In this document: positions 56,267-64,000 of the stretch, piece after piece | Layout: every line of letters starts with the position of its first letter | How positions within the stretch are numbered: position 1 is the stretch's first letter | Source: Nannocystis radixulma | GTDB lineage: Bacteria; Myxococcota_A; Polyangia; Nannocystales; Nannocystaceae | Length of the DNA stretch: 64,000 nt | Direction: 5' to 3' | NCBI RefSeq assembly: GCF_028369095.1 | Contig: NZ_JAQNDN010000024.1 | Span: forward strand, 565,253-629,252 | Position numbers and translations under genes: made by a program | The notes under the pieces: model-generated | The model's input: the letters and a program-made list of their open reading frames with translations, nothing else | Database searches by the model: none | What the model was told of the DNA's origin: nothing

Positions 56267-57925
56267 ATGTCCTTCGGCCGCCTCGTCCCTGTCCTCCTCG
56301 TGCTCGCCGCGTGCAACTCGCCCACCGCGAGCGACTCCGACAGCGACACTTCCGGCGACACACCGGACACGACGACGACGACCGCGACGTCGACGACCAC
56401 GGGCGAGCCGCCGGAGCCGACCACCAGCAGCACGACGGGCGACGACAGCACGAGCACGAGCACGACCGAGCCGCTGCCGGAGCCGCTGGCGCCGCTGCCG
56501 GGGCCGGTGCCGCTGACCGACGAGGAGCTGCGCACGCCGACGCACCCGGTCGACGAGGACAAGCTGCTCGACCTGCGGGTGCCCGCCGACGTCGAGAAGG
56601 CGCTGGCCGAGGGCTACGGCGACGTGGAGCTCGGTCCGGGCGAGCCGGTGCTGCCGCGCACGCTCGACGACCAGGAGCCGCCGGCGCCCGGGCCGGCGCC
56701 GAAGCTGCTCACGCGCTTCGTCCACCTCGCCGACACGCAGCTGGCCGACGACGAATCGCCGGCGCGGCTGGCCGCGTTCGACGAGGTGTCCGGCGGCGCG
56801 TTCCGCCCGCAGGAGGGCCACGTGTGCCACATGCTCAACGCCGGGGTGCGCACGATCAACGCGCTGCACGTCGATACGCCGCTCGACTTCGTGCTGCTCG
56901 GCGGCGACAACACCGACAACGCCCAGAGCAACGAGCTCGAGTGGTTCATGGGGATCTTGAACGGCGCGCCGGTGGTCGAGTGCGACTCGGCGATCGACGA
57001 CGACCCCGTACCGGGGCCCGACAACGACCAGAAGGACCGCTTCGCGCCGGTCGGCCTCGACGTGCCGTGGCGGTGGGTGACCGGTAACCACGACATCCTC
57101 CGCCAGGGCACGTTCGCGATCCTCGACTTCAGCGAGCCGATCGAGGGCGAGTCGGTCGGCGGCACCCGCGACTACGGCCAGCCGGGCGCGCCGATCGTCA
57201 AGGGCACGGTCCCGGCCGACCCGGCGCGGGCGTTCCTCGAGGAGCCGGACCAGGTCGCGCTGGTGGCCGGGGACGACGACGGCCACGGGATCACCGCGGC
57301 GGCCGTCGAGCTCGGGCGCGCGTTCTACACCTTCGACGTCGAGGGCACGCCGCTGCGGATCTTCGTCCTCAGCACCGCGACGATCACCGGCGCGAGCCTC
57401 GGCCTGATCCGCCCCGTCGATTTGGAAAACATCATCGGCCCGACGCTCGACCAGGCGGTGGCCGACGGCAAGTGGGTCATCGTGACGTCGCACCACCGCT
57501 CGGGCAGCCTGAGCAACGGCCAGGAGTTCGGGATCGGCACCAAGTTCGACGACGCGCTGACCACCGAGCAGTGGCGCGAGTTCCTCGGCGGCTACGACAA
57601 CGTGATCATGCACCTCGCCGCGCACACCCACCGCCTGATGGCCGAGCCGATGCTGCCCGCCGGCGGCCACCCGTACTGGGAGATGGTGACGCCGTCGCTC
57701 AACGACTTCCCGTCGCAGATGCGCGTGATCGAGGTGTGGGACCAGGACAACGGTTCGCTGACGATCAAGGCCCGCGCGTTCGACCTCGTCACCGACGGCG
57801 ACCCGATCGCCGAGCACGGCCGCACCCTCGCCGTCGCCGACTTCACGACGGGCTGGGAGAACGACGGCCGCGGCACCGGGCCCGACCAGCGCAACGTCGA
57901 GCTGTGGATCCCCACGCCGGACTGA
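56267..57925 (+). CDS. calcineurin-like metallophosphoesterase lipoprotein
   Basis: Lipobox LVLAAC-NSP. T/S/D linker. Motifs LLGGDNTDN and VTGNHD. Confidence 0.8.
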   Translation: MSFGRLVPVLLVLAACNSPTASDSDSDTSGDTPDTTTTTATSTTTGEPPEPTTSSTTGDDSTSTSTTEPLPEPLAPLPGPVPLTDEELRTPTHPVDEDKLLDLRVPADVEKALAEGYGDVELGPGEPVLPRTLDDQEPPAPGPAPKLLTRFVHLADTQLADDESPARLAAFDEVSGGAFRPQEGHVCHMLNAGVRTINALHVDTPLDFVLLGGDNTDNAQSNELEWFMGILNGAPVVECDSAIDDDPVPGPDNDQKDRFAPVGLDVPWRWVTGNHDILRQGTFAILDFSEPIEGESVGGTRDYGQPGAPIVKGTVPADPARAFLEEPDQVALVAGDDDGHGITAAAVELGRAFYTFDVEGTPLRIFVLSTATITGASLGLIRPVDLENIIGPTLDQAVADGKWVIVTSHHRSGSLSNGQEFGIGTKFDDALTTEQWREFLGGYDNVIMHLAAHTHRLMAEPMLPAGGHPYWEMVTPSLNDFPSQMRVIEVWDQDNGSLTIKARAFDLVTDGDPIAEHGRTLAVADFTTGWENDGRGTGPDQRNVELWIPTPD

Positions 57926-57990
57926 GTATGTCCAGGACGACATGCTCGTGAGAACATGTCCGTAAGGGCATGTCTTGAAGATGACCTCAC
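57923..57990. repeat. array of 4-5 CATG-centred units at 14-bp spacing (copy 6)
   Basis: TATG 57927, then CATG 57941, 57955, 57969 (then ATG 57981). Units GAGTATGTCC / CGACATGCTC / AGAACATGTCC / AGGGCATGTCT. Immediately after the stop of the phosphoesterase gene. Confidence 0.65.
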
Positions 57991-58613
57991 CGAGGCGCGC
58001 GATGCCCGCGCCTGCCGGGCCGCTCGCACAATTTTTCGCCAGCGGGCAATTGAACCGCGAGCGCCGATCACTGAATTGGTCACGGGACCGCTCGTCGCTG
58101 CCCGAGCGGCGCAGTGGTCCCGGCCAATTCTCCCGCGGACTGTCGCGCCGGCCCCGCTCATTCGCCGGACCGGGATGTTGCGACCGCAGAAAGGCCATAC
58201 AGCGCGAACCTGCCGCGAATGCGGCCCGGTCACCGGCCCGCGGGCCGCGTGCATTCACCGCGGCGAACTCGAGTTCTGGAGACGCGACCGACCGGGCGAA
58301 GCCGCCCGGCGGCCGGGCAGGGGACCGTGATTGCGCGGCAGGGCGTCATGCGGACGCCATGCCTCAAATGTGGTGAGAAGACCCTGGCGCGAATCGCGGG
58401 GGCCGCGATTGTCGCTCGTCGCCGCGGCCCCGGCGAATGCTCGTGCCCGCGGATCTGCCGCAGACGTCCAGTCTGCGCGCAGGCGTCGGTGATGCGCTCG
58501 GAACCGGCCTGCGCCGAAAGCGGCGTCTGGGCGAAAATCGCCGGTGAGACAGCGGCGAGAGATTGTTCGCAGGGGAGACCCGGCTCGTTGTATGGTGCTC
58601 GCCGAGGAGGACG

Positions 58614-60842
58614 ATGAGTCACCTGTCGACGCTGAAGGCGCTCCTGGGCAACCATCCGCTGTTTACGCTGACGACGGCAGGCAAGGAGCTCCGCGTCGTC
58701 CGGTTCACCGCCACGGAGGGATTGTCGAGCCTGTTCGAGGTCAGCGTCGAGCTGGCAGGACCCGAGGTCGACCTCGCCGGGGCGATCGACGCGCCGATGA
58801 CCCTGGAGATCGCCGGCATCGACACCCCGCGCTATCTCTCGGGCATCTGCGCCTCGTTCGACTACGTCGGCCACACCCGCGAGCTGCAGCTGTACGAGGC
58901 GCTGATCGTGCCGGCGCTGTGGCGCCTGCAGTTCCGCCGCAACAGCCGGATCTTCCAGGACATGACCACCCCGGACATCGCCCGCAAGGTCCTGAAGGAC
59001 GCCGGGATCGAGAGCGACGGGTTCCGCTTCAGCCTCATCGAGACGTACGCGCCCCGCAACTACTGCGTGCAATACCAGGAGGACGACCTGACGTTCCTGT
59101 GCCGATTGCTCGAGGAGGACGGGATCTTCTTCTTCTTCGAGCACGCCAAGGACGCGCACACCCTCGTGTTCGCCGACCACGCGGGCGCGCACCCGCCGAT
59201 CCCCGGTGACCCGAGCGTGTGGTTCCGGCCGCCCGACGGCGAGGTCAGCCAGCAGGAGGCGATCCACAGCTTTCGCTTCGGCGAGCGGATCCGTCCGGGG
59301 GCGGTCACGCTGCGCGACTACAACCTTCACAAGCCGAGCGAGCCCATGGAGGTGCGCAAGCTCGGCAAGCGCCACACCGACCTCGAGGTCTATACATACC
59401 CTGGCGAATATCAGGACCCGGGCCGGGCCGGGCCGCACCAGGGGCAGACGCTGGCCAAGCTGCGGCTGGAGGCCCACGAGGCTCACCGCCGGGTCGGCTC
59501 GGCCACCAGCGATTCGCCGCGCCTCACCCCCGGCCACACGCTGTCGCTGGTCGGCCACCCGCGCGTGGAGCTCGACGCGTCGTACCGGATCTTGCAGGTC
59601 AAGCACACGGGGCAGCAGCCGCAGGTGCTCGAGCAGGACGCGTCCGGCGCGTTCCACTACGAGAACAGCTTCACCGTCACCGAGCTCGACGCGCCGTTCC
59701 GGCCGGCGCAGTCGACCCCGCGCCCGGTGATGCGCGGGCTGCAGACCGCGACGGTGGTCGGCCCCGAGGGCGAGGACGTGTACACCGACGAGCACGGGCG
59801 CGTGAAGGTGCAGTTCCACTGGGACCGCGACGAGCCGTTCAACGAGACCAGTTCGTGCTGGGTCCGCGTCAGCCAGATGTGGGCGGGCAACGGCTGGGGC
59901 GCGATGTTCATCCCGCGGATCGGTCACGAGGTGCTGATCGACTTCATCGAGGGCGACCCCGACCGGCCGGTGATCACCGGGCGCGTCTACACCGGCCAGA
60001 ACCTGCCGCCGTACCCGCTGCCCGAGGACAAGACGAAATCGACGATCAAGTCGGAGTCGTCGCGCGGCGGCGGCGGCTTCAACGAACTGCGCTTCGAGGA
60101 CAACAAGGGCTCCGAGCAGGTCTTCATCCACGCCCAGCGCGACCTCGACGAGGTGGTGCTCAACAATCACACCGAGGACGTCGGCTGCGACGAGACGATC
60201 ACGATCGGCAGCAATCAGTCCACCACCGTCGGCGCCGACCGGACGATGCACGTCAAGGGCAACTTCACCGAGACCATCGACGGAACCGAGACGCGCACGG
60301 TCACCGGCGCGGTCGAGGAGACGTTCTCGGCCAGCGAGACGCGCAACATCTCCAGCGACCAGAGCGAGACGATCGGCGGCAGCGTCACGCGCACGATCAC
60401 CGGCAGCGTGACCGAGTCGGTCACCGGCTCGCTGTCGCAGACGATCACGGGCGGGGTCACGGTCACCACGCCGTCGACCTACGACGTGACGGCGGTCGGC
60501 GGCGTGACGATGACCGCGACCGGCGGGATCAAGATGATCGCGCCGGCCGGCTTCACCGTCATCGCGCCCGGCGGGACCAAGACCATCGATCAGGACTTCT
60601 GGAAGTTCGGCGGCGGCCAGGGCGACGCGTTCGCGTGGGCGCTCGGGATCACGGGGATCAAGCTCGAGATGATCGGGATCTCGATGGCGCACACGAACAT
60701 CAAGCTCGAGCACGTCGGCATGGCCATCGAGTACAAGACCGCCTCGTTCTCGCACGACGGCGCCGAGGTCAAGTCCGTCGGCGCGGCCCTGATGCAGGGC
60801 TACGCCAGCCTGCACACCTTCGGCCTCCTGTCGATTCTGTAG
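58614..60842 (+). CDS. vgrG: type VI secretion system spike protein VgrG
   Basis: RBS GGAGGA before ATG 58614. gp27/gp5-like regions. Signature RVSQMWAGNGWGAMFIPRIGHEVLIDFIEGDPDRPVITGRVY. C-terminal beta-helix repeats (TITIGSNQSTTVGADRTMHVKGNFTETIDG...). Confidence 0.9.
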   Translation: MSHLSTLKALLGNHPLFTLTTAGKELRVVRFTATEGLSSLFEVSVELAGPEVDLAGAIDAPMTLEIAGIDTPRYLSGICASFDYVGHTRELQLYEALIVPALWRLQFRRNSRIFQDMTTPDIARKVLKDAGIESDGFRFSLIETYAPRNYCVQYQEDDLTFLCRLLEEDGIFFFFEHAKDAHTLVFADHAGAHPPIPGDPSVWFRPPDGEVSQQEAIHSFRFGERIRPGAVTLRDYNLHKPSEPMEVRKLGKRHTDLEVYTYPGEYQDPGRAGPHQGQTLAKLRLEAHEAHRRVGSATSDSPRLTPGHTLSLVGHPRVELDASYRILQVKHTGQQPQVLEQDASGAFHYENSFTVTELDAPFRPAQSTPRPVMRGLQTATVVGPEGEDVYTDEHGRVKVQFHWDRDEPFNETSSCWVRVSQMWAGNGWGAMFIPRIGHEVLIDFIEGDPDRPVITGRVYTGQNLPPYPLPEDKTKSTIKSESSRGGGGFNELRFEDNKGSEQVFIHAQRDLDEVVLNNHTEDVGCDETITIGSNQSTTVGADRTMHVKGNFTETIDGTETRTVTGAVEETFSASETRNISSDQSETIGGSVTRTITGSVTESVTGSLSQTITGGVTVTTPSTYDVTAVGGVTMTATGGIKMIAPAGFTVIAPGGTKTIDQDFWKFGGGQGDAFAWALGITGIKLEMIGISMAHTNIKLEHVGMAIEYKTASFSHDGAEVKSVGAALMQGYASLHTFGLLSIL

Positions 60843-60845
60843 CCC

Positions 60846-63569
60846 ATGCGCGTCGTCAAGCCCGGCAAACTCGGCGTGCTCACCCGCTGCTACGAGCACG
60901 AGCGGCGCTACTACATGGGCGTGTCGGTGCTGGCGTTCATCCCGCTCGGGCTGGAGGCGCCGGCGCCGATCCTGCTGAGCGAGGTCGACATGTGGAAGTT
61001 CGCCGCCAAGCAGCTCGGCGGCGGGTCCCTCGACGTCGGGATCCCCAAGTGCCGCGGCGAGTACCTGGTGATCGGCAAGGCGTACGCGCCCGGCGGCGCG
61101 GCCCAGCCGAGGTTCTCGGCCTCGGCGCAGGTCGGCGCGCTGAAGAAAACCGTCGAGGTGTTCGGCGATCGCAGCTGGCGCGGCTCGACCATGACGTCGC
61201 CGGCCCCGATCAGCGAGATGCCGCTCGACTGGACCCGCGCCTTCGGCGGTCCCGAATTCCCGCACAACCCGCTCGGCAAGGGCCACGCCGAGGTCGAGGC
61301 CGGCGGGGCGAAGGTGCGGCCGCTGCCGAACCTCGAGTCGCCGCTGCAGCGGATCGGTTCGCCGCGCGACCGACCCGAGCCGGTCGGCTTCGGACCGATC
61401 GACATCACCTGGCCGCAGCGGGCCGCGCTGGCCGGCACCTACGATCAGGACTGGCTCGAGAACCTCATGCCGGGCTTCGCCCGCGACATCGACTGGGGCC
61501 TTCACAACATCGCCGCGCGCGATCAGCAGGTCGAGGGCTTCTGGACCGGCCGAGAGGCGTATCGCTTCGACCACATGCACCCCGGCCGGGTCATCGCCGG
61601 CGCGCTGCCGAAGCTCCGCGCTCGCGCGTTCATCAGCCGCTCGCACGCGCCCGGCGAGCCGCGGGCGAGCTTCGCGGCGGTGAAGAAGGCGGCGAGGCAG
61701 GCGCCCGCGGCGATCGACGAGGTCGAGCTGGCGCTGCAGACCTTGTGGTTCTTCCCCGAGGCCGAGCGAGCGGTGCTCGTGTGGCAGGGTCAGGTGCACG
61801 TGGCCGAGGAGGACGGCGCCGACGTCGTGCACTTGCTGGTCGCGGGCGAGCACGAGGGGCGCGCCAAGCCGCTCGAGCACTACGTGACCACGCTCGCCGC
61901 CCGCCTCGATCCGGAGTGGGGCACGCTCGCGGCGCTGATGGACGGCGAGCTGCTGCCCGAAGATCTGGCGCTGCTGCCTGACCAGCCACCCGACGAGGAC
62001 GAACAGCTCAGCCAGGTCGAGGGCCTGACCCAGCAGAACCTGCACCGACGCATGGTCGCCGAGTCGCAGAAGGCGCGCGACATCGTCGCCAGCTACGGCC
62101 TCGATCCCGACGTGCACGGCCCCGAGATCCCGCCGCCGCAGCCGCCGCCGCCGAAGCTGCACGAGCTGCCGGACCTCATCGCCAGGATCCAGGCCGACTG
62201 CAAGAAGAAGCAGGCCGAGTACGAGGCCACCTACGCGGCCAAGCTGGCCGAGGCCGAGCGGGACGCCGACGCGGCCAACATCCCGGGCTTCGACGGCAAA
62301 TCACTGCGCGCGGAGATCGACGCCAAGCAGGTCGGGCCGCCGACGTTCACCGCCGCGGCGACGCACGCGGCGCTGGTGGCGATCGCCGTCGACTGCCGGA
62401 GCCGCGACACCATCGTCGACGAGATCGAGGACATGATCGTCGACAAGGCCCTCTACGCGCAGTGGCAGGAGACCGAGCACAACATGCGCGAGAGCTACCG
62501 GCTGGCCGCCCATGTTCAGCACCCGGCCCCGGCGATGACGCCGGAGTGGCGCGAGCCGACCCGCGAACGGCTGCGCCTGGCGCTGGAGCAGAAGGAGGAC
62601 CTCTCGACCCTCAACTTCACCGGCGCCGACCTGGCAGGCATGGACCTGCGCGGCGCCGACCTGACGGGCGGGCTTTTCGAGAGCGCGAACCTCACAGGCG
62701 CCGATTTGCGTGATTGCAAACTGAACCGCGTGGTCCTGGCCCACGCCGATCTGACCGACACGCGCCTCGACGGCGCCTGTCTGCAGCGCGTGAACCTCGG
62801 CAAGGCCAGGCTGACGCGCACCGTGCTCGCCGACGCCGACCTGCGCGACGCCATCCTGACCGAGGCCCGATTCGACGGCGCCGACCTGCAGCGCGCCTGC
62901 GCCACCGGGGCGACGTGGATGGGCGCGTACCTGTGCGAGGTCGACGCGCGCGGCATGGTGGGCGAAAAGCTCAACTTCCTCGAGATGACGATCGTCAGCG
63001 TCGATTTCGGCGGGGCCCGGCTGGCCGGCTCGGCCTTCATCAAGCTGCGGCTGCGCGGGGCCCGGTTCGGCCAGGCGGGGCTCCAGTCGTGCACGTTCCT
63101 CGAGTGCGACGCCGAGGGCGTCGATTTCGCCGGCGCGAACCTCGAGCAGTCGCGCTTCGTCGGCGGCTGCGCCCTCGACCGGGCCGACTTCGGCGGCGCG
63201 ACGCTGAAGCGCGCCAACCTGCGTGGCACCTCGCTCGCGGCGGCCAACCTGCGCAAGGCGCTGCTCGACGGCGCCGACCTCAGCGAGTGCGACCTGGCCG
63301 GGGCGCGGCTGTACCAGGCGAGCGCCCGCGAGGCTCGCTTCGAGGTCGCCGACCTGCGCGGGGCCGAGCTGCTGGCGACCAACCTCATGGGCGCGAGCCT
63401 GGCCCGTGCGGCCCTCTACGGCGCCGATCTGCGCGGCGCCAACCTGCACGGCGCCGACATGGCCCGCGTGCGCACCGATGACAAGCTGCGGCTCGACCAG
63501 GCGTTGATGACGAAGGTCCGCGTGCACCCGAAGCACGTCGAGCAGCCCCGGGAGGAGCGCCGCCGATGA
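60846..63569 (+). CDS. DUF2169-domain protein fused to pentapeptide repeats (T6SS VgrG-associated adaptor-type)
   Basis: Starts 4 nt after the vgrG stop. N-terminal ~300 aa fit the DUF2169 pattern (position and size). C-terminal ~350 aa are A(D/N)LxG pentapeptide repeats. Confidence 0.75.
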   Translation: MRVVKPGKLGVLTRCYEHERRYYMGVSVLAFIPLGLEAPAPILLSEVDMWKFAAKQLGGGSLDVGIPKCRGEYLVIGKAYAPGGAAQPRFSASAQVGALKKTVEVFGDRSWRGSTMTSPAPISEMPLDWTRAFGGPEFPHNPLGKGHAEVEAGGAKVRPLPNLESPLQRIGSPRDRPEPVGFGPIDITWPQRAALAGTYDQDWLENLMPGFARDIDWGLHNIAARDQQVEGFWTGREAYRFDHMHPGRVIAGALPKLRARAFISRSHAPGEPRASFAAVKKAARQAPAAIDEVELALQTLWFFPEAERAVLVWQGQVHVAEEDGADVVHLLVAGEHEGRAKPLEHYVTTLAARLDPEWGTLAALMDGELLPEDLALLPDQPPDEDEQLSQVEGLTQQNLHRRMVAESQKARDIVASYGLDPDVHGPEIPPPQPPPPKLHELPDLIARIQADCKKKQAEYEATYAAKLAEAERDADAANIPGFDGKSLRAEIDAKQVGPPTFTAAATHAALVAIAVDCRSRDTIVDEIEDMIVDKALYAQWQETEHNMRESYRLAAHVQHPAPAMTPEWREPTRERLRLALEQKEDLSTLNFTGADLAGMDLRGADLTGGLFESANLTGADLRDCKLNRVVLAHADLTDTRLDGACLQRVNLGKARLTRTVLADADLRDAILTEARFDGADLQRACATGATWMGAYLCEVDARGMVGEKLNFLEMTIVSVDFGGARLAGSAFIKLRLRGARFGQAGLQSCTFLECDAEGVDFAGANLEQSRFVGGCALDRADFGGATLKRANLRGTSLAAANLRKALLDGADLSECDLAGARLYQASAREARFEVADLRGAELLATNLMGASLARAALYGADLRGANLHGADMARVRTDDKLRLDQALMTKVRVHPKHVEQPREERRR

Positions 63570-64000
63570 CGTCGCTGCGCATGGACGACCCGACGCAGTG
63601 GCGGCCGCCGGCCGATGCCGACGAGCTGGCGCGGCAGGTGCACGAGGGTCGCGAGCTGCGGAAGCTCGATCTGTCGCAGCGAGACCTGCGCGGGGTCAAG
63701 CTCGGCGGGGCGATCTTCCACGAGGTCGATTTCTCCGGCAGCACGCTCGACGGGGCCGACCTGCGCGAGGCGTGCCTGACCGAGTGTCGTCTCGACGGCG
63801 CCAGCCTCGTCGGCGCCAACCTGCATCAGGCGGTGCTGAGCAAATGCAGCCTCGTCGGCGCCAGCTTGCGCGGGGCGACGCTGACCGGCGCCAAGGTGCA
63901 CGAGCTGGTGGCGACGGAGATCGATCTGGGCGACGCCGACCTGCGGGTGTCGTCATTCGTCAAGTGTCGGCTCGACCGGGCGCGCCTCGGCGGGGCGAAG
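63566..64000 (+). CDS. pentapeptide-repeat protein, 3'-truncated by window end
   Basis: ATGA overlap with the previous stop. MTSLRMDDPTQW... followed by GADLREACLTECRLDGASLVGANL... repeats. No stop codon before nt 64000. Confidence 0.7.
   Translation, partial: MTSLRMDDPTQWRPPADADELARQVHEGRELRKLDLSQRDLRGVKLGGAIFHEVDFSGSTLDGADLREACLTECRLDGASLVGANLHQAVLSKCSLVGASLRGATLTGAKVHELVATEIDLGDADLRVSSFVKCRLDRARLGGAK

Overview
This is a ~70% GC window, almost certainly Myxococcales (Polyangiaceae/Sorangium-like). The calls that point there are a MYXO-CTERM tail on a subtilase, Myxococcus cysteine-rich repeats, FG-GAP/VCBS proteins, many lipoproteins with acidic Thr/Ser/Gly-rich linkers after the lipobox, and giant Ser/Thr kinases. 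Because of the GC content, every region shows long Arg/Ala/Pro-rich ORFs on several frames (for example 626..2887-, 793..2829+, 26174..30097+, 58230..62162-). I treated those as artefacts and kept only ORFs with protein-like composition, signal peptides or recognisable motifs.

I call about 45 CDS and three tandem tRNA-Ser genes. Housekeeping/metabolic: adenosylhomocysteinase (ahcY); a zinc-binding alcohol dehydrogenase-family quinone oxidoreductase divergent from an AraC regulator; a LysR regulator; serine hydrolase, amidohydrolase, polysaccharide deacetylase, metallophosphoesterase and S8 subtilase genes. Transport/envelope: a Mla-like lipid-transport operon (STAS-MlaE fusion, MlaF, MlaD, PqiC-like lipoprotein) with overlapping start/stop codons. 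Accessory: a radical SAM/SPASM enzyme preceded by three tandem 74-96 bp repeats and a VWA lipoprotein (possible RiPP-like locus); two paralogous VWA lipoproteins; an STK-AAA-TPR-GAF-histidine-kinase hybrid (1677 aa) and a second STK-AAA-TPR protein followed by two large flavoprotein oxidases; and, at the 3' edge, an orphan T6SS island (vgrG - DUF2169/pentapeptide - pentapeptide, truncated by the window).

The most unusual sequence-level signal is a recurrent intergenic element. It consists of arrays of short CATG-centred palindromic units (consensus about AGRGCATGTCY) spaced exactly 14 bp apart, found at gene 3' ends in at least 6-8 places. One pair of arrays brackets a 158-bp remnant of an FG-GAP repeat gene. 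No CRISPR array, integrase or transposase is present. A SAH riboswitch upstream of ahcY was looked for and not found.
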